Source: Candidatus Latescibacterota bacterium (GTDB lineage Bacteria > Latescibacterota > UBA2968 > GCA-2709665). From it: 64,000 nt of DNA. The notes under the pieces are model-generated. The model saw nothing but the letters and a program-made list of their open reading frames with translations, made no database searches and had not been told where the DNA came from. Below are positions 30,574 through 39,493 of the stretch, piece by piece (position 1 is the first letter of the stretch; every line of letters begins with the position of its first letter). Location of the stretch: assembly GCA_965237675.1 (NCBI GenBank), contig OZ250150.1, positions 4,480,001 through 4,544,000 on the forward strand, given 5' to 3'. The position numbers and the translations under genes were made by a program.

Positions 30574-31056
30574 CTAAGCCAGGAACAACCGCCTGAAATT
30601 CACAGAATCAGAGACGTATTCAGAGGCTTCCAGCCGCTCGCGGGATCACAAGATACCGGTGCGCGCCGGGGCTGTCAAAGCACAAAAAACCCCAACGGGT
30701 GCGAACCACGCCACCCGGGTCTCAATCCTCGTGAATTCCGGTGTCGACGGGCGGGGCCAGGGCCCGACCCTGGCGACGCCAGCGGGCTCGACCTCCTCTG
30801 AAATCCCTTGCAGGAAACCGCATAAGGCGCATATAATAGCACAGTTATCATGGATGGATAAGGCTTGATTCCGCTAGACGCAAGAGACAAGAAGCAAAAG
30901 GAAAACGTCCTGTTTCTTGTTCTGATGGAAATATCGGGTTTAAGATTGAGGAACTGAAAGCGATCAGCGATCAGGTCCGTCCCTTTTTCTCTTACGTCTC
31001 ACTTCTCGCTTCTGCCCGCTTTTGTGACACATGCGTGCAGCCGATTATAAAATGTA

Positions 31057-32178
31057 ATGGCACTGCGCGTTGTCGATCACGGACCGCCGATGATTCCCAG
31101 CCCACGCATCCTTTTTCTCGCCCGCCGGTATCCGCCTTCCGTCGGTGGCATTCAGACCTACGCGACGGAACTGCACAACCGGCTCGGCCGGTTGTGCCCC
31201 GTAACACGGATCGCCCTCGGCAAGGACCCGCTCTATCACCTGGCCTGGTTTATGCCCTATGCGTTCTGTGCCGCCGTGTTCCACATTCTCCGTCAAAAAC
31301 CCGATGTGATTTTCTTTATGGACGGAGTCACCGCCGCCCTGGCCCCGTTTCTGCGCCCCTTCACGCCGGCGCGGTTCACGGTGACCATCCACGGCGCCGA
31401 ATTGACATTCCGACGCGCTTTCTTCAGCCGCCTCATGCAAGCTGGCGCCCGTGCGTGTGACCGGGCCGTTATGGTCAGCCGCGCCACGGCGGCGCTCGGC
31501 GTCCGAAGCGGCTTGCCGGCGGACAAGACCCGCGTTATCTATCAGGGAATTCACGCCGTCATCCCGACTGAAACGGAGCACGAACGCCTCAAAGACCGTT
31601 TTGAACGGGCGCACGGCCTGCGTCTGGGCGAACGTCCGTTTCTCCTGAACTACGGGCGGCAGGTGCGTCGGAAAGGCGTGGTCGAGTTCATCGAAAACGG
31701 TATCCCGCTGATGAGGGAGGATATTCGCCTCTTCATCAGCGGAAGCGGACCCATGCAGGATGGTATCCGAGCCGCCGTCGAATCTCTGAATCTGGCGGAC
31801 CGCGTCTTTGCGCTGGGGCGGCTGGATGATTCCACCGTGGGCATGCTGCGCCAGGAGGCGCAACTTTTTCTCATGCCCAATATCCATCTGCGCCACGACG
31901 CGGAAGGATTCGGCATTGCCCCGCTCGAGTGCCTGTATGCCGGCCTGCCCGTAGTCTATTTCGACGTGGATGCCCTGGGCGAAAGCCTGCGTGACGGCGG
32001 CTTCCGTATTTCGCCCGACGACTATCCCGCTTTTGTCGAACAGATCCACCGGTACATGGACCTCCCGGCCGGAGAAAAGGAACGCGCGAGAACTCGGGCC
32101 CGGGCCTTTGTCCGGCGCGAATACACGTGGGAGAAGACCACCGCGCAATACCTGGCGGTTTTTACGGGACAAGCTTGA
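31057..32178 (+). CDS. Glycosyltransferase family 4
   Basis: YPPSVGGIQ, TIHG, GRQVRRKG and EGFGIAPLE motifs. Confidence 0.9.
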   Translation: MALRVVDHGPPMIPSPRILFLARRYPPSVGGIQTYATELHNRLGRLCPVTRIALGKDPLYHLAWFMPYAFCAAVFHILRQKPDVIFFMDGVTAALAPFLRPFTPARFTVTIHGAELTFRRAFFSRLMQAGARACDRAVMVSRATAALGVRSGLPADKTRVIYQGIHAVIPTETEHERLKDRFERAHGLRLGERPFLLNYGRQVRRKGVVEFIENGIPLMREDIRLFISGSGPMQDGIRAAVESLNLADRVFALGRLDDSTVGMLRQEAQLFLMPNIHLRHDAEGFGIAPLECLYAGLPVVYFDVDALGESLRDGGFRISPDDYPAFVEQIHRYMDLPAGEKERARTRARAFVRREYTWEKTTAQYLAVFTGQA

Positions 32179-32187
32179 AACGCTCGG

Positions 32188-32367
32188 GACCTACCCCCTA
32201 ACCCCCTTCCTGAAGGAAGGGGGAACGGTGACGGGTCGATGGGCTGGCTTTGCGAACGTGCCGGGATAGCATTCTTTCATTGGTCAGAGCGTATATGAAA
32301 CACAAATAAGACAACGCATGTCTTTCCTCCCCCTTTCCTTTAGGAGAGGGGGCCGGGGGGAGAGGTC
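32188..32367. repeat. Two inverted REP-like palindromic units
   Basis: GACCTACCCCCTAACCCCCTTCCTGAAGGAAGGGGG (32188-32223) and reverse-oriented GACCTCTCCCCCCGGCCCCCTCTCCTAAAGGAAAGGGGG (about 32329-32367). Confidence 0.75.
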
Positions 32368-32368
32368 A

Positions 32369-32770
32369 ATGAAAAAATCCAGGCGAGATATTGTCACAGG
32401 CCAGACTGTCGCGCGCGCGAAGGTGAAGTTGGCGCGAGTCTTGCGAGATCAGATGACAGAAGAAGAAAAACGTCTCTGGCAACACCTGCGTGCGAATAGG
32501 CTTGATGGCTATCACTTTCGACGGCAACAGATCATCGATGGCTTCATAGTGAATTTCTACTGCCATTCCGCCGGATTGGTAATTGAAGTCGATGGCGAGG
32601 TTCACGAGAATCAGATCGCTTATGACGCAGAACGAGACGGTATACTCAAAACGCGGGGATTGAAAGTCTTACGCATTCCAAATGACGAGATCCGCACGAA
32701 TCTGGATAACGTCCTCCAATCAATCAGAGCATATATTACCGAGAGCACCCTATCGTTTACATCCTCCTAA
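32369..32770 (+). CDS. DUF559 (Vsr-like) endonuclease domain protein
   Basis: MTEEEKRLWQHLR, FRRQQII, IVNFYC, LVIEVDGEVH, YDAERD and VLRIPN motifs. Confidence 0.9.
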   Translation: MKKSRRDIVTGQTVARAKVKLARVLRDQMTEEEKRLWQHLRANRLDGYHFRRQQIIDGFIVNFYCHSAGLVIEVDGEVHENQIAYDAERDGILKTRGLKVLRIPNDEIRTNLDNVLQSIRAYITESTLSFTSS

Positions 32771-32958
32771 TCTGTTGTAGCGGGGCATGAGCTCGTGTCA
32801 GCCATTTGCGGCTCCTAGTAATAAACGCTACTTTCAACCGCCATCTGTGCGCTACGCCGCCCACTAAAAACGACACAAAACCGGTATAAACATCCGTTAT
32901 GCATACTTGCAAACGCGTGTGCAGTAAAAACACACTTCAGAACAAGGGGGAAGATCAC

Positions 32959-33210
32959 GTGGACAGGATAGAGAAACTCGAAAGCCAGATACGGCGGTTG
33001 CGGGCGGTTGTCGTTCTGTTGGGCGTGGTCTTGTGTGCGGGCGTCCTGTTGGCCTGGACAAAGCCAGATGGAGATTTTAACACGGTGAAGGCAAGGGAAC
33101 TTGTCATTCAGAACGCGGCGGGCAATCAGGTTGCCGGGCTTTACGCGGACGGCGGCGGCAGGCTGTATCTCCGCAACGAGACGCTCCAAGTCGTTACAAG
33201 CCTGCCATAA
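32959..33210 (+). CDS. Small membrane-anchored protein, paralog of downstream repeat protein
   Basis: GTG with SD; coiled-coil start RIEKLESQIRRLR, one TM helix, VKARELVIQNAAG, ends SLP. Confidence 0.65.
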   Translation: MDRIEKLESQIRRLRAVVVLLGVVLCAGVLLAWTKPDGDFNTVKARELVIQNAAGNQVAGLYADGGGRLYLRNETLQVVTSLP

Positions 33211-33224
33211 CTCCAGGGGGAAAG

Positions 33225-34001
33225 ATGAGCAAGGACAAACTGAAATGGGCGGCGTTTGGGCTGGTTATGGGCATCATCGTCGGCAGCATCGGGGCGGCGG
33301 CGGCGGACAAGTGGTTTCCGGGCGTGACCCGGTTTGACACGATCGAAGCGCGGCAAATTGAAATTGTCAACGGCCGGGGGGTTGTTGTGGTACGGTTGCG
33401 GTCGGCGCTGGATGAAATAGACTTTACCGACCAAAGGCCGACGCCGGGCGTGTGGAGTGGCGACGGCGTGCTCGAAATCGTCGATGCACATGGGAGAATT
33501 GCTGCGCATTTGACGACTGGGAAGGGCGGCGGCGGGCTGAAATTCTACAATAAGGCGGGCAACCAAGTCGCCGCACTTGGCGCTGCGGAACACGGCGGCG
33601 GTGCCCTGCAAATCTTCAACGTGGCGGGGCAAAAGGTCGCCGGACTGTATGGGAAACCGAGCGGCTACGGCGGCGTCCTGGAAATCTACAGAATCGGCGA
33701 GGAAAAGGTTGCCAGTCTTGCCGTTACCAACGACGGCGGCGGTGCCCTGCAAATCTTCAACGCGGTGGGCAAAACCGTTGCTATACTTACCGGGTTGTCG
33801 GAAGGCGGCGGCGGGCTGTTAATTTACAACAAGGCGGGCAAACCGGTTGCTATACTTACCGGGTTGTCGGAAGGCCGCGGCGGGCTGGCAATCCACAACA
33901 AGGCGGGCAAACAGGTTGCCATGCTTTTGGCGGATCCGGACGGTGCCGGAATCCTTGTAATTCAAAACGCGGCGGGCAAACCGGTTGCGAGTCTACCATA
34001 A
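33225..34001 (+). CDS. Secreted/anchored protein with about seven 23-aa GGG-L-I-N-AG-K-VA repeats
   Basis: N-terminal hydrophobic helix; repeats visible in protein and as 69-bp DNA repeats (33781 vs 33850). Confidence 0.8.
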   Translation: MSKDKLKWAAFGLVMGIIVGSIGAAAADKWFPGVTRFDTIEARQIEIVNGRGVVVVRLRSALDEIDFTDQRPTPGVWSGDGVLEIVDAHGRIAAHLTTGKGGGGLKFYNKAGNQVAALGAAEHGGGALQIFNVAGQKVAGLYGKPSGYGGVLEIYRIGEEKVASLAVTNDGGGALQIFNAVGKTVAILTGLSEGGGGLLIYNKAGKPVAILTGLSEGRGGLAIHNKAGKQVAMLLADPDGAGILVIQNAAGKPVASLP

Positions 34002-34303
34002 TCGCAACCTCGGCAAGCTTTTTCGACCTGGCCGCGATCCGAGGCGCCCGGACCGAGCAACCCCTAGACGCGGAAGGCAGCGCATCCGGAGCGGCAACCC
34101 GTGGAAGAGATCCCCGGCAACCACAGGGGGGCGCAAAACCGAAGTGAACGTCCGCGGTCGATTGAGGGAAATTACAGTGGTCGCAAGAGACTCTCGCGGC
34201 AGGATCGATTTTTGTAAACGGCAGACAGGAATGTCTGCCCCACCTTCACACCAGATTCGTCAGCGTCATGACAAGCCACGTGAGTCACGGAAGGCAGCTT
34301 GTT

Positions 34304-34335
34304 ACTTATTATTTAATGTATATTAAATAATAAGT
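34304..34335. other. Perfect AT-rich palindrome with dif-like core
   Basis: ACTTATTATTTAA-TGTATA-TTAAATAATAAGT. Confidence 0.6.
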
Positions 34336-34588
34336 CAAAAAACATAAGTGGACACCTAATTTTCCGCGCGCGACTCCAGTGCAATGATCCGGGACTCAAA
34401 CGTTCCACAACAGAGGTAAGGATTCATCACTTTGGCCCGGAAAAGTGAGCATAACTTCTGCTTTTGGTTTTAATCCTGACTATCCTGTCTATCCATGTAA
34501 GTTTGAGTTTTTGAACAAAAGAGGTTCAAGCCACGAACGATCTTTGTGCTGTCGACGGCATCCTGTCAATCTGCAATAAGAGTATGCA

Positions 34589-35302
34589 ATGAACAAGAGT
34601 CTGCTGACAAACCTCATATCACTCGGGATCATCGGTGTCGGCACTCAGAGCCCGATCTATCAGGATCAGCTCATGGCCGTCGGGCTGTTCGCGACGTCGG
34701 GCGCTTTCACGAATTGGCTTGCCGTACATATGCTCTTCGAAAAAGTACCTGGCCTTTACGGCTCCGGCGTGGTCCCCGGGCGTTTCGAAGAATTCAAGAT
34801 CGGCATTCGAAAGCTCATCATGGAACAGTTCTTCACACCGGAAAAGGTGGAGGACTTTCTCTCCATGGAGTCGCCGCAACAAGGCGCACCGTTCAACCCT
34901 GACCCCGTTGTCGACGCCGTTGACTACGATCGCATCTACGCCGGTTTCGTGGACGTCGTGCTCGCCTCTCCGTTTGGCGGTATGCTCGGAATTGTCGGTG
35001 GCGCCAGAGCGCTGGAACCTCTCCGAAACCCCTTCAAGATAAAGATGAAGGACGAACTCCGGGACATGCTGCTCTCACGATCCTTCAATGAAGCCGTGAT
35101 GTCCGGCCTGCAGAACGCTGACGCCGTGGAAGCCCTGGTGGACAAGGCGGACACCATTGTAACCCGCCGGCTGGACGAACTCACACCCGAAATGGTCAAG
35201 GAGATCGTACAGGAGATGATCCGCAAACACCTTGGCTGGCTCGTGGTCTGGGGCGGTGTCTTCGGCGGCCTTCTCGGACTCATCGCCAGTTTCATCCGGT
35301 AA
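34589..35302 (+). CDS. DUF445 family membrane protein
   Basis: GAFTNWLAVHMLFEKVPGLYGSGV and HLGWLVVWGGVFGG. Confidence 0.9.
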   Translation: MNKSLLTNLISLGIIGVGTQSPIYQDQLMAVGLFATSGAFTNWLAVHMLFEKVPGLYGSGVVPGRFEEFKIGIRKLIMEQFFTPEKVEDFLSMESPQQGAPFNPDPVVDAVDYDRIYAGFVDVVLASPFGGMLGIVGGARALEPLRNPFKIKMKDELRDMLLSRSFNEAVMSGLQNADAVEALVDKADTIVTRRLDELTPEMVKEIVQEMIRKHLGWLVVWGGVFGGLLGLIASFIR

Positions 35303-35306
35303 CCCC

Positions 35307-37139
35307 ATGCTCGTCTACGACGGCAACTGCGACTTCTGCACACGGTGGGTGGACCGCATTCGCGCCGCCACCGGCAATCGGGTTGAGTTCGCGGCTTCGC
35401 AAGAGGTTGACCACCGATTTCCACAGATATCGTCTGAGCAATTTGAAAACGCCGTCCAGTGGATCCAGCCGGACGGCGAAGTGTACAGCGGCGCCAAAGC
35501 CGCTCTCTATGTGCTCGCGTTCACGGGGCCGACCGGGAAGCTGCTGTGGTGGGGTCATCGCCGGCTTCCCGGGTTTGCCGGGGGCGCAGAGGCCGTTTAC
35601 CGCCTGGTCGCCCGCAACCGGAACATGGTGTCCACGGTTACCGGGTGGCTGTGGGGACAGGACCTCCACCGACCCGCGTATCGGACCTCCGCCGACCTGT
35701 TCCTGCGCGCCCTGGGCGTTATTTACCTGATCGCTTTCCTCTCGTTCTGGGTGCAGGCGCACGGCCTTATCGGCGCCCAGGGCATCCTGCCGGTAGGCGA
35801 AACCATTCGTCTTGTCGCGGAACAGGGCCATCCGCTCCGGTACCCGACCCTGTTCTGGTTCAATCAGAGCGACATATTTCTCCACGTCCTCTGCGGCGGC
35901 GGTGCGTTGCTCGCTCTCGGCGCCGCGGTGTTTCCAGTCTCCTGCCTGTTTTTTCTGCTGCTCTGGATCGGCTATCTTTCCATCGTCACGGCCGGCGGCC
36001 CTTTTCTATCCTTCCAATGGGACGCCCTGCTCCTCGAAGCCGGTCTGCTGGCCGTGTTTCTCGCACCCTGGAAACTTCCGACGAGACGCGGCGCCATTGT
36101 TCCCACGCGTCTCGTCGCATGGCTCTATCGCTGGCTGCTCTTTCGCTTCATGTTCGCCTCCGGCGTCGTCAAACTCACCAGCGGCGACCCGGCCTGGCGG
36201 AATCTCACCGCGCTCACCTACCACTACGAGACACAACCCCTTCCCAATCTCCTGGCCTGGTACGCCCATCATCTGCCGGAAAGCATCCACGTCGTTTCCG
36301 CGGCGGTGATGTTCTTCGTTGAACTGGTGGTGCCCTTCTTCATCTTCGCGCCTCGACGCCTACGGACCGCGGCCTGTGTGGTGCTCGCCGGCCTGCAGTT
36401 CGGTATCGCACTTACCGGCAATTATACCTATTTCAACCTGCTCGCGGCGGCCCTCTGCCTCTGGCTGATCGACGACGTGTCGTGGACGAAACGCCTCCGA
36501 GCCCTTTTTTCCGGCGCCGAAACAGGACAGGGGACCATACAACGCATCCAACGACTGGCGACCGTGCCCCTTGCCGTTATCGTCGTGATCTTGAGCCTCG
36601 TGTACCTCTGCAGCTTCAGCCTACGCCTGAATCCGCCCTGGCCCCATTCCCTGGTCACTCTCAACCGGGCGGTGACCCCTTACCATATTGTGAACAGCTA
36701 CGGTCTCTTCCAGGTGATGACCACGCGGAGGCCGGAAATCATCCTCGAAGGCAGCAGGGACGGCAAGACGTGGCTGCCGTATGAATTTCGCTACAAACCG
36801 GGCGCTCCGGCCAGACGGCCCCCGGTTGTGGCGCCGCACCAGCCCCGGTTGGACTGGCAGATGTGGTTCGCCGCACTCGGCCACTACCGGCAGAGTCCCT
36901 GGTTCGTCCGCTTCTGTCTCCGGCTTCTGGACGGCGCGCCTCCGGTTCTCGGCCTTCTTGCCCGGAATCCGTTTCCCGACACTCCGCCGCGTTACCTGCG
37001 GGCCGAACTGTTCGACTATCGTTTCACAACACCAAGGGAAAGGAGCCGGAACGGACAATGGTGGACGCGCACGCGTCTCAAAGCGTATCTTCCGACGATT
37101 CAACGGAAACAACCGGACGGGGACCAACAGCTCCGGTAG
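35307..37139 (+). CDS. DCC (DUF393) thiol-disulfide oxidoreductase domain + lipase maturation factor (LMF1) fusion
   Basis: VYDGNCDFC; FQWDALLLEAG, YHYETQPLP, YGLF..MT..RPE and PHQPRLDWQMWFAAL. Confidence 0.9.
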   Translation: MLVYDGNCDFCTRWVDRIRAATGNRVEFAASQEVDHRFPQISSEQFENAVQWIQPDGEVYSGAKAALYVLAFTGPTGKLLWWGHRRLPGFAGGAEAVYRLVARNRNMVSTVTGWLWGQDLHRPAYRTSADLFLRALGVIYLIAFLSFWVQAHGLIGAQGILPVGETIRLVAEQGHPLRYPTLFWFNQSDIFLHVLCGGGALLALGAAVFPVSCLFFLLLWIGYLSIVTAGGPFLSFQWDALLLEAGLLAVFLAPWKLPTRRGAIVPTRLVAWLYRWLLFRFMFASGVVKLTSGDPAWRNLTALTYHYETQPLPNLLAWYAHHLPESIHVVSAAVMFFVELVVPFFIFAPRRLRTAACVVLAGLQFGIALTGNYTYFNLLAAALCLWLIDDVSWTKRLRALFSGAETGQGTIQRIQRLATVPLAVIVVILSLVYLCSFSLRLNPPWPHSLVTLNRAVTPYHIVNSYGLFQVMTTRRPEIILEGSRDGKTWLPYEFRYKPGAPARRPPVVAPHQPRLDWQMWFAALGHYRQSPWFVRFCLRLLDGAPPVLGLLARNPFPDTPPRYLRAELFDYRFTTPRERSRNGQWWTRTRLKAYLPTIQRKQPDGDQQLR

Positions 37140-37220
37140 CCGCCGTGACCGTTTTTTCGAATGACGGTCAACGGGCAGTTCGATCCGGTTCCGGTATCCC
37201 CACGTTGTTGCCGGCCGACT

Positions 37221-38177
37221 TCATCGTCTGAGCGCGTCCCTGACCACGGCCGCGATTTCGGGATACAACCGCGGCGTTTCGAGATTGCACAACACGACGT
37301 GTCTGTCGACGTAACTGCCCGCGATTTCGAATTCCTCCGCCACCCGCTCGGGAGAGCGAACCAGATACGGATCCGAATAGAGCCCGATAAACGGCACGAA
37401 CGTGTTCCGATTCGGATCCTCGAGCCGCTTCATCTCCGCCGTCTCGAATTCCACCCGGCGGAGGCTCCAGTGCGGAGGATAGAACCAGGAGATTGTCTGA
37501 GTACAATAATCCAGTCGCAGCCTGTTTCCGTAATATTCGTTGGGGTAAAACGGCGGCCAGACGTGGTTGGTCACGATCGCCTGCGGCTTAATCGCCTTCG
37601 CGTGTTCATACAAGACATCGGAAACGGTTACCAGACTCTTCTCCGACATCCGCGCGATGAGTTCGGGTTCGTGCGCCCCGGTCCATTCAGCGGCCATCCC
37701 TTTCCGGATATCCGCGCATCGATCACAAAAACACGCATAGTGGTTCCGAAAACCGAACCCGTCGAACGACACGCCGTCAGCGATTTCCAGCGCCCGGCTT
37801 ACCCGGTCCTTTAGAAACGCCGTCGTAGCTTCGTGTTGGAAACAGACCAGCGCGTCGGCCTGGACGATGGAAAACCACCGGTGCGACAATCGCTGGAAAT
37901 TGGAGGGCGCCCGCTGGCCTTCGAGCCGGGCGACCTCCTCCTCGGCCGGCAGCAGCCGCTGCAGGCATTCCGGATGCGCCCTGACGAACGCGTCTGAAGG
38001 CCATGCATACACGACGGCGACGACGCTGACCCCCAACTCCTCGCCGCGGCGCGCCATCACCTCCGATGGTTCGCGCACGATCAGGGTATCGAAACCCAGA
38101 TCGTGCGTGAATTCCACGATTGTCCGCTGCTGCGCCGCGGTTTCCACCGGCAGATGCCAGTCCCATGCCGCCTTCAT
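37221..38177 (-). CDS. Hypothetical glycoside-hydrolase-like TIM-barrel protein
   Basis: DGVSFD...ACFCDRC Cys cluster typical of GH42/GHL-like proteins; SD AGGAGG. Confidence 0.5.
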   Translation of the reverse strand: MKAAWDWHLPVETAAQQRTIVEFTHDLGFDTLIVREPSEVMARRGEELGVSVVAVVYAWPSDAFVRAHPECLQRLLPAEEEVARLEGQRAPSNFQRLSHRWFSIVQADALVCFQHEATTAFLKDRVSRALEIADGVSFDGFGFRNHYACFCDRCADIRKGMAAEWTGAHEPELIARMSEKSLVTVSDVLYEHAKAIKPQAIVTNHVWPPFYPNEYYGNRLRLDYCTQTISWFYPPHWSLRRVEFETAEMKRLEDPNRNTFVPFIGLYSDPYLVRSPERVAEEFEIAGSYVDRHVVLCNLETPRLYPEIAAVVRDALRR

Positions 38178-38278
38178 GATTCCCCTCCTCGACTGCTCCA
38201 TTGACGCGGCGCCATCAGGAGGATACGCCGCCGTTTAACGGCTTCCCCCACTTGTCAGGCGCCGCTGCGGTATGCGGT

Positions 38279-39457
38279 TCAACGGGACGCTTCGGACGCC
38301 TTCCGGATCCCTTCCGCCATGTTCAGAACGCGGCCCTGCGTATTGTCGGGATGCATCGGGATCAGTACCGCCCGGCTGAGCACATCGAGTGAATCCCTGC
38401 ACATATCCATCGAATACGCCACGTTCAGCTTCCGATTCGCCGGAAAGTTGTACGGATTCATGTCCGGGTGATGCGCCCCCTGCTTTCTCATAATCGGATC
38501 CCATCGGGTATAGACGTGCCGTCCCGTATCGATGGGCAGAAATCCGCGGGTGCGGTTCTTGCGCAGACCGTCCGCGAACACACGTGCCGCTTCCTCGGTC
38601 GGGAAGATAAACCCGAGATGGCTGCCACATTCATACGCCAGACTGTTGTTCACGATGGACGTCAACCCGGCCGCCTCCCCCGCCTTCAGCAGCTGCCGTT
38701 TGTGGGCGCCCATCTTCTCCAGCATCCCGTTGAGCCGCCTCAACTGGGCATTCAGGATCGCGCCCGAAACTTCCGAAGCCCTGAAATTCAGTCCTGCAAA
38801 CTGCTCATCCTCGTTCTTCCGGCTCGGATTCCAGTAGTACGAGCAGCAATCCGAGGCCACGGATGCACGCCCGAACACCACCTTGTTCTTAGACACGAAT
38901 GCGCCGCCTTCGCCGCTGGAAATATTCTTGTAAAAGTTGAAGCTGAAGGCGCCAGCGTGACCGATTGAACCCAGCATCCTGCCCTCGTACGCACCGCCCA
39001 CCGCCTGACATGCGTCCTCGAGCACCAGCAGCTTGTGCCTGCGCGCAATGCGCATCAGGGCCGTCATGTTGCACGGCAGGCCCCACATATGCACGGGAAT
39101 TATCGCCTTTGTGTGGGGCGACAGCCGGCGTTCCACGTCCTCCGCGGAAAGCGTGATCGACTCGTCCACGTCGGCCACGACGGGTATCGCGCCTGCCGCC
39201 AGCACCGCCAGCGCGGTGGCCATATATGTACAGGAAGGGACAATGACTTCGTCGCCGGGACCGACCTTCAATCCTACCAGCGCGCAATATAACGCCGACG
39301 TCCCGCTCGTTGTCATCCTGGCGTACTTCACACCCAAATGCTTTGCCCAACTGGCCTCGAACCGGTCGCATTCTCCCGTACGTCCGTACCGAAAAATGCC
39401 TCCGTCCCTGAACAACCTCTCAACACGCCTCAGTTCCAGGTCGCCAATGCGATACAC
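38279..39457 (-). CDS. DegT/DnrJ/EryC1/StrS PLP aminotransferase
   Basis: SGTSAL, PVHMWG, EDACQA and FSFNFYKNISSGEGG. Confidence 0.92.
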   Translation of the reverse strand: MYRIGDLELRRVERLFRDGGIFRYGRTGECDRFEASWAKHLGVKYARMTTSGTSALYCALVGLKVGPGDEVIVPSCTYMATALAVLAAGAIPVVADVDESITLSAEDVERRLSPHTKAIIPVHMWGLPCNMTALMRIARRHKLLVLEDACQAVGGAYEGRMLGSIGHAGAFSFNFYKNISSGEGGAFVSKNKVVFGRASVASDCCSYYWNPSRKNEDEQFAGLNFRASEVSGAILNAQLRRLNGMLEKMGAHKRQLLKAGEAAGLTSIVNNSLAYECGSHLGFIFPTEEAARVFADGLRKNRTRGFLPIDTGRHVYTRWDPIMRKQGAHHPDMNPYNFPANRKLNVAYSMDMCRDSLDVLSRAVLIPMHPDNTQGRVLNMAEGIRKASEASR

Positions 39458-39493
39458 AGCACCCCCCTTTTCCCGGGTACACGCCGGACTCGT

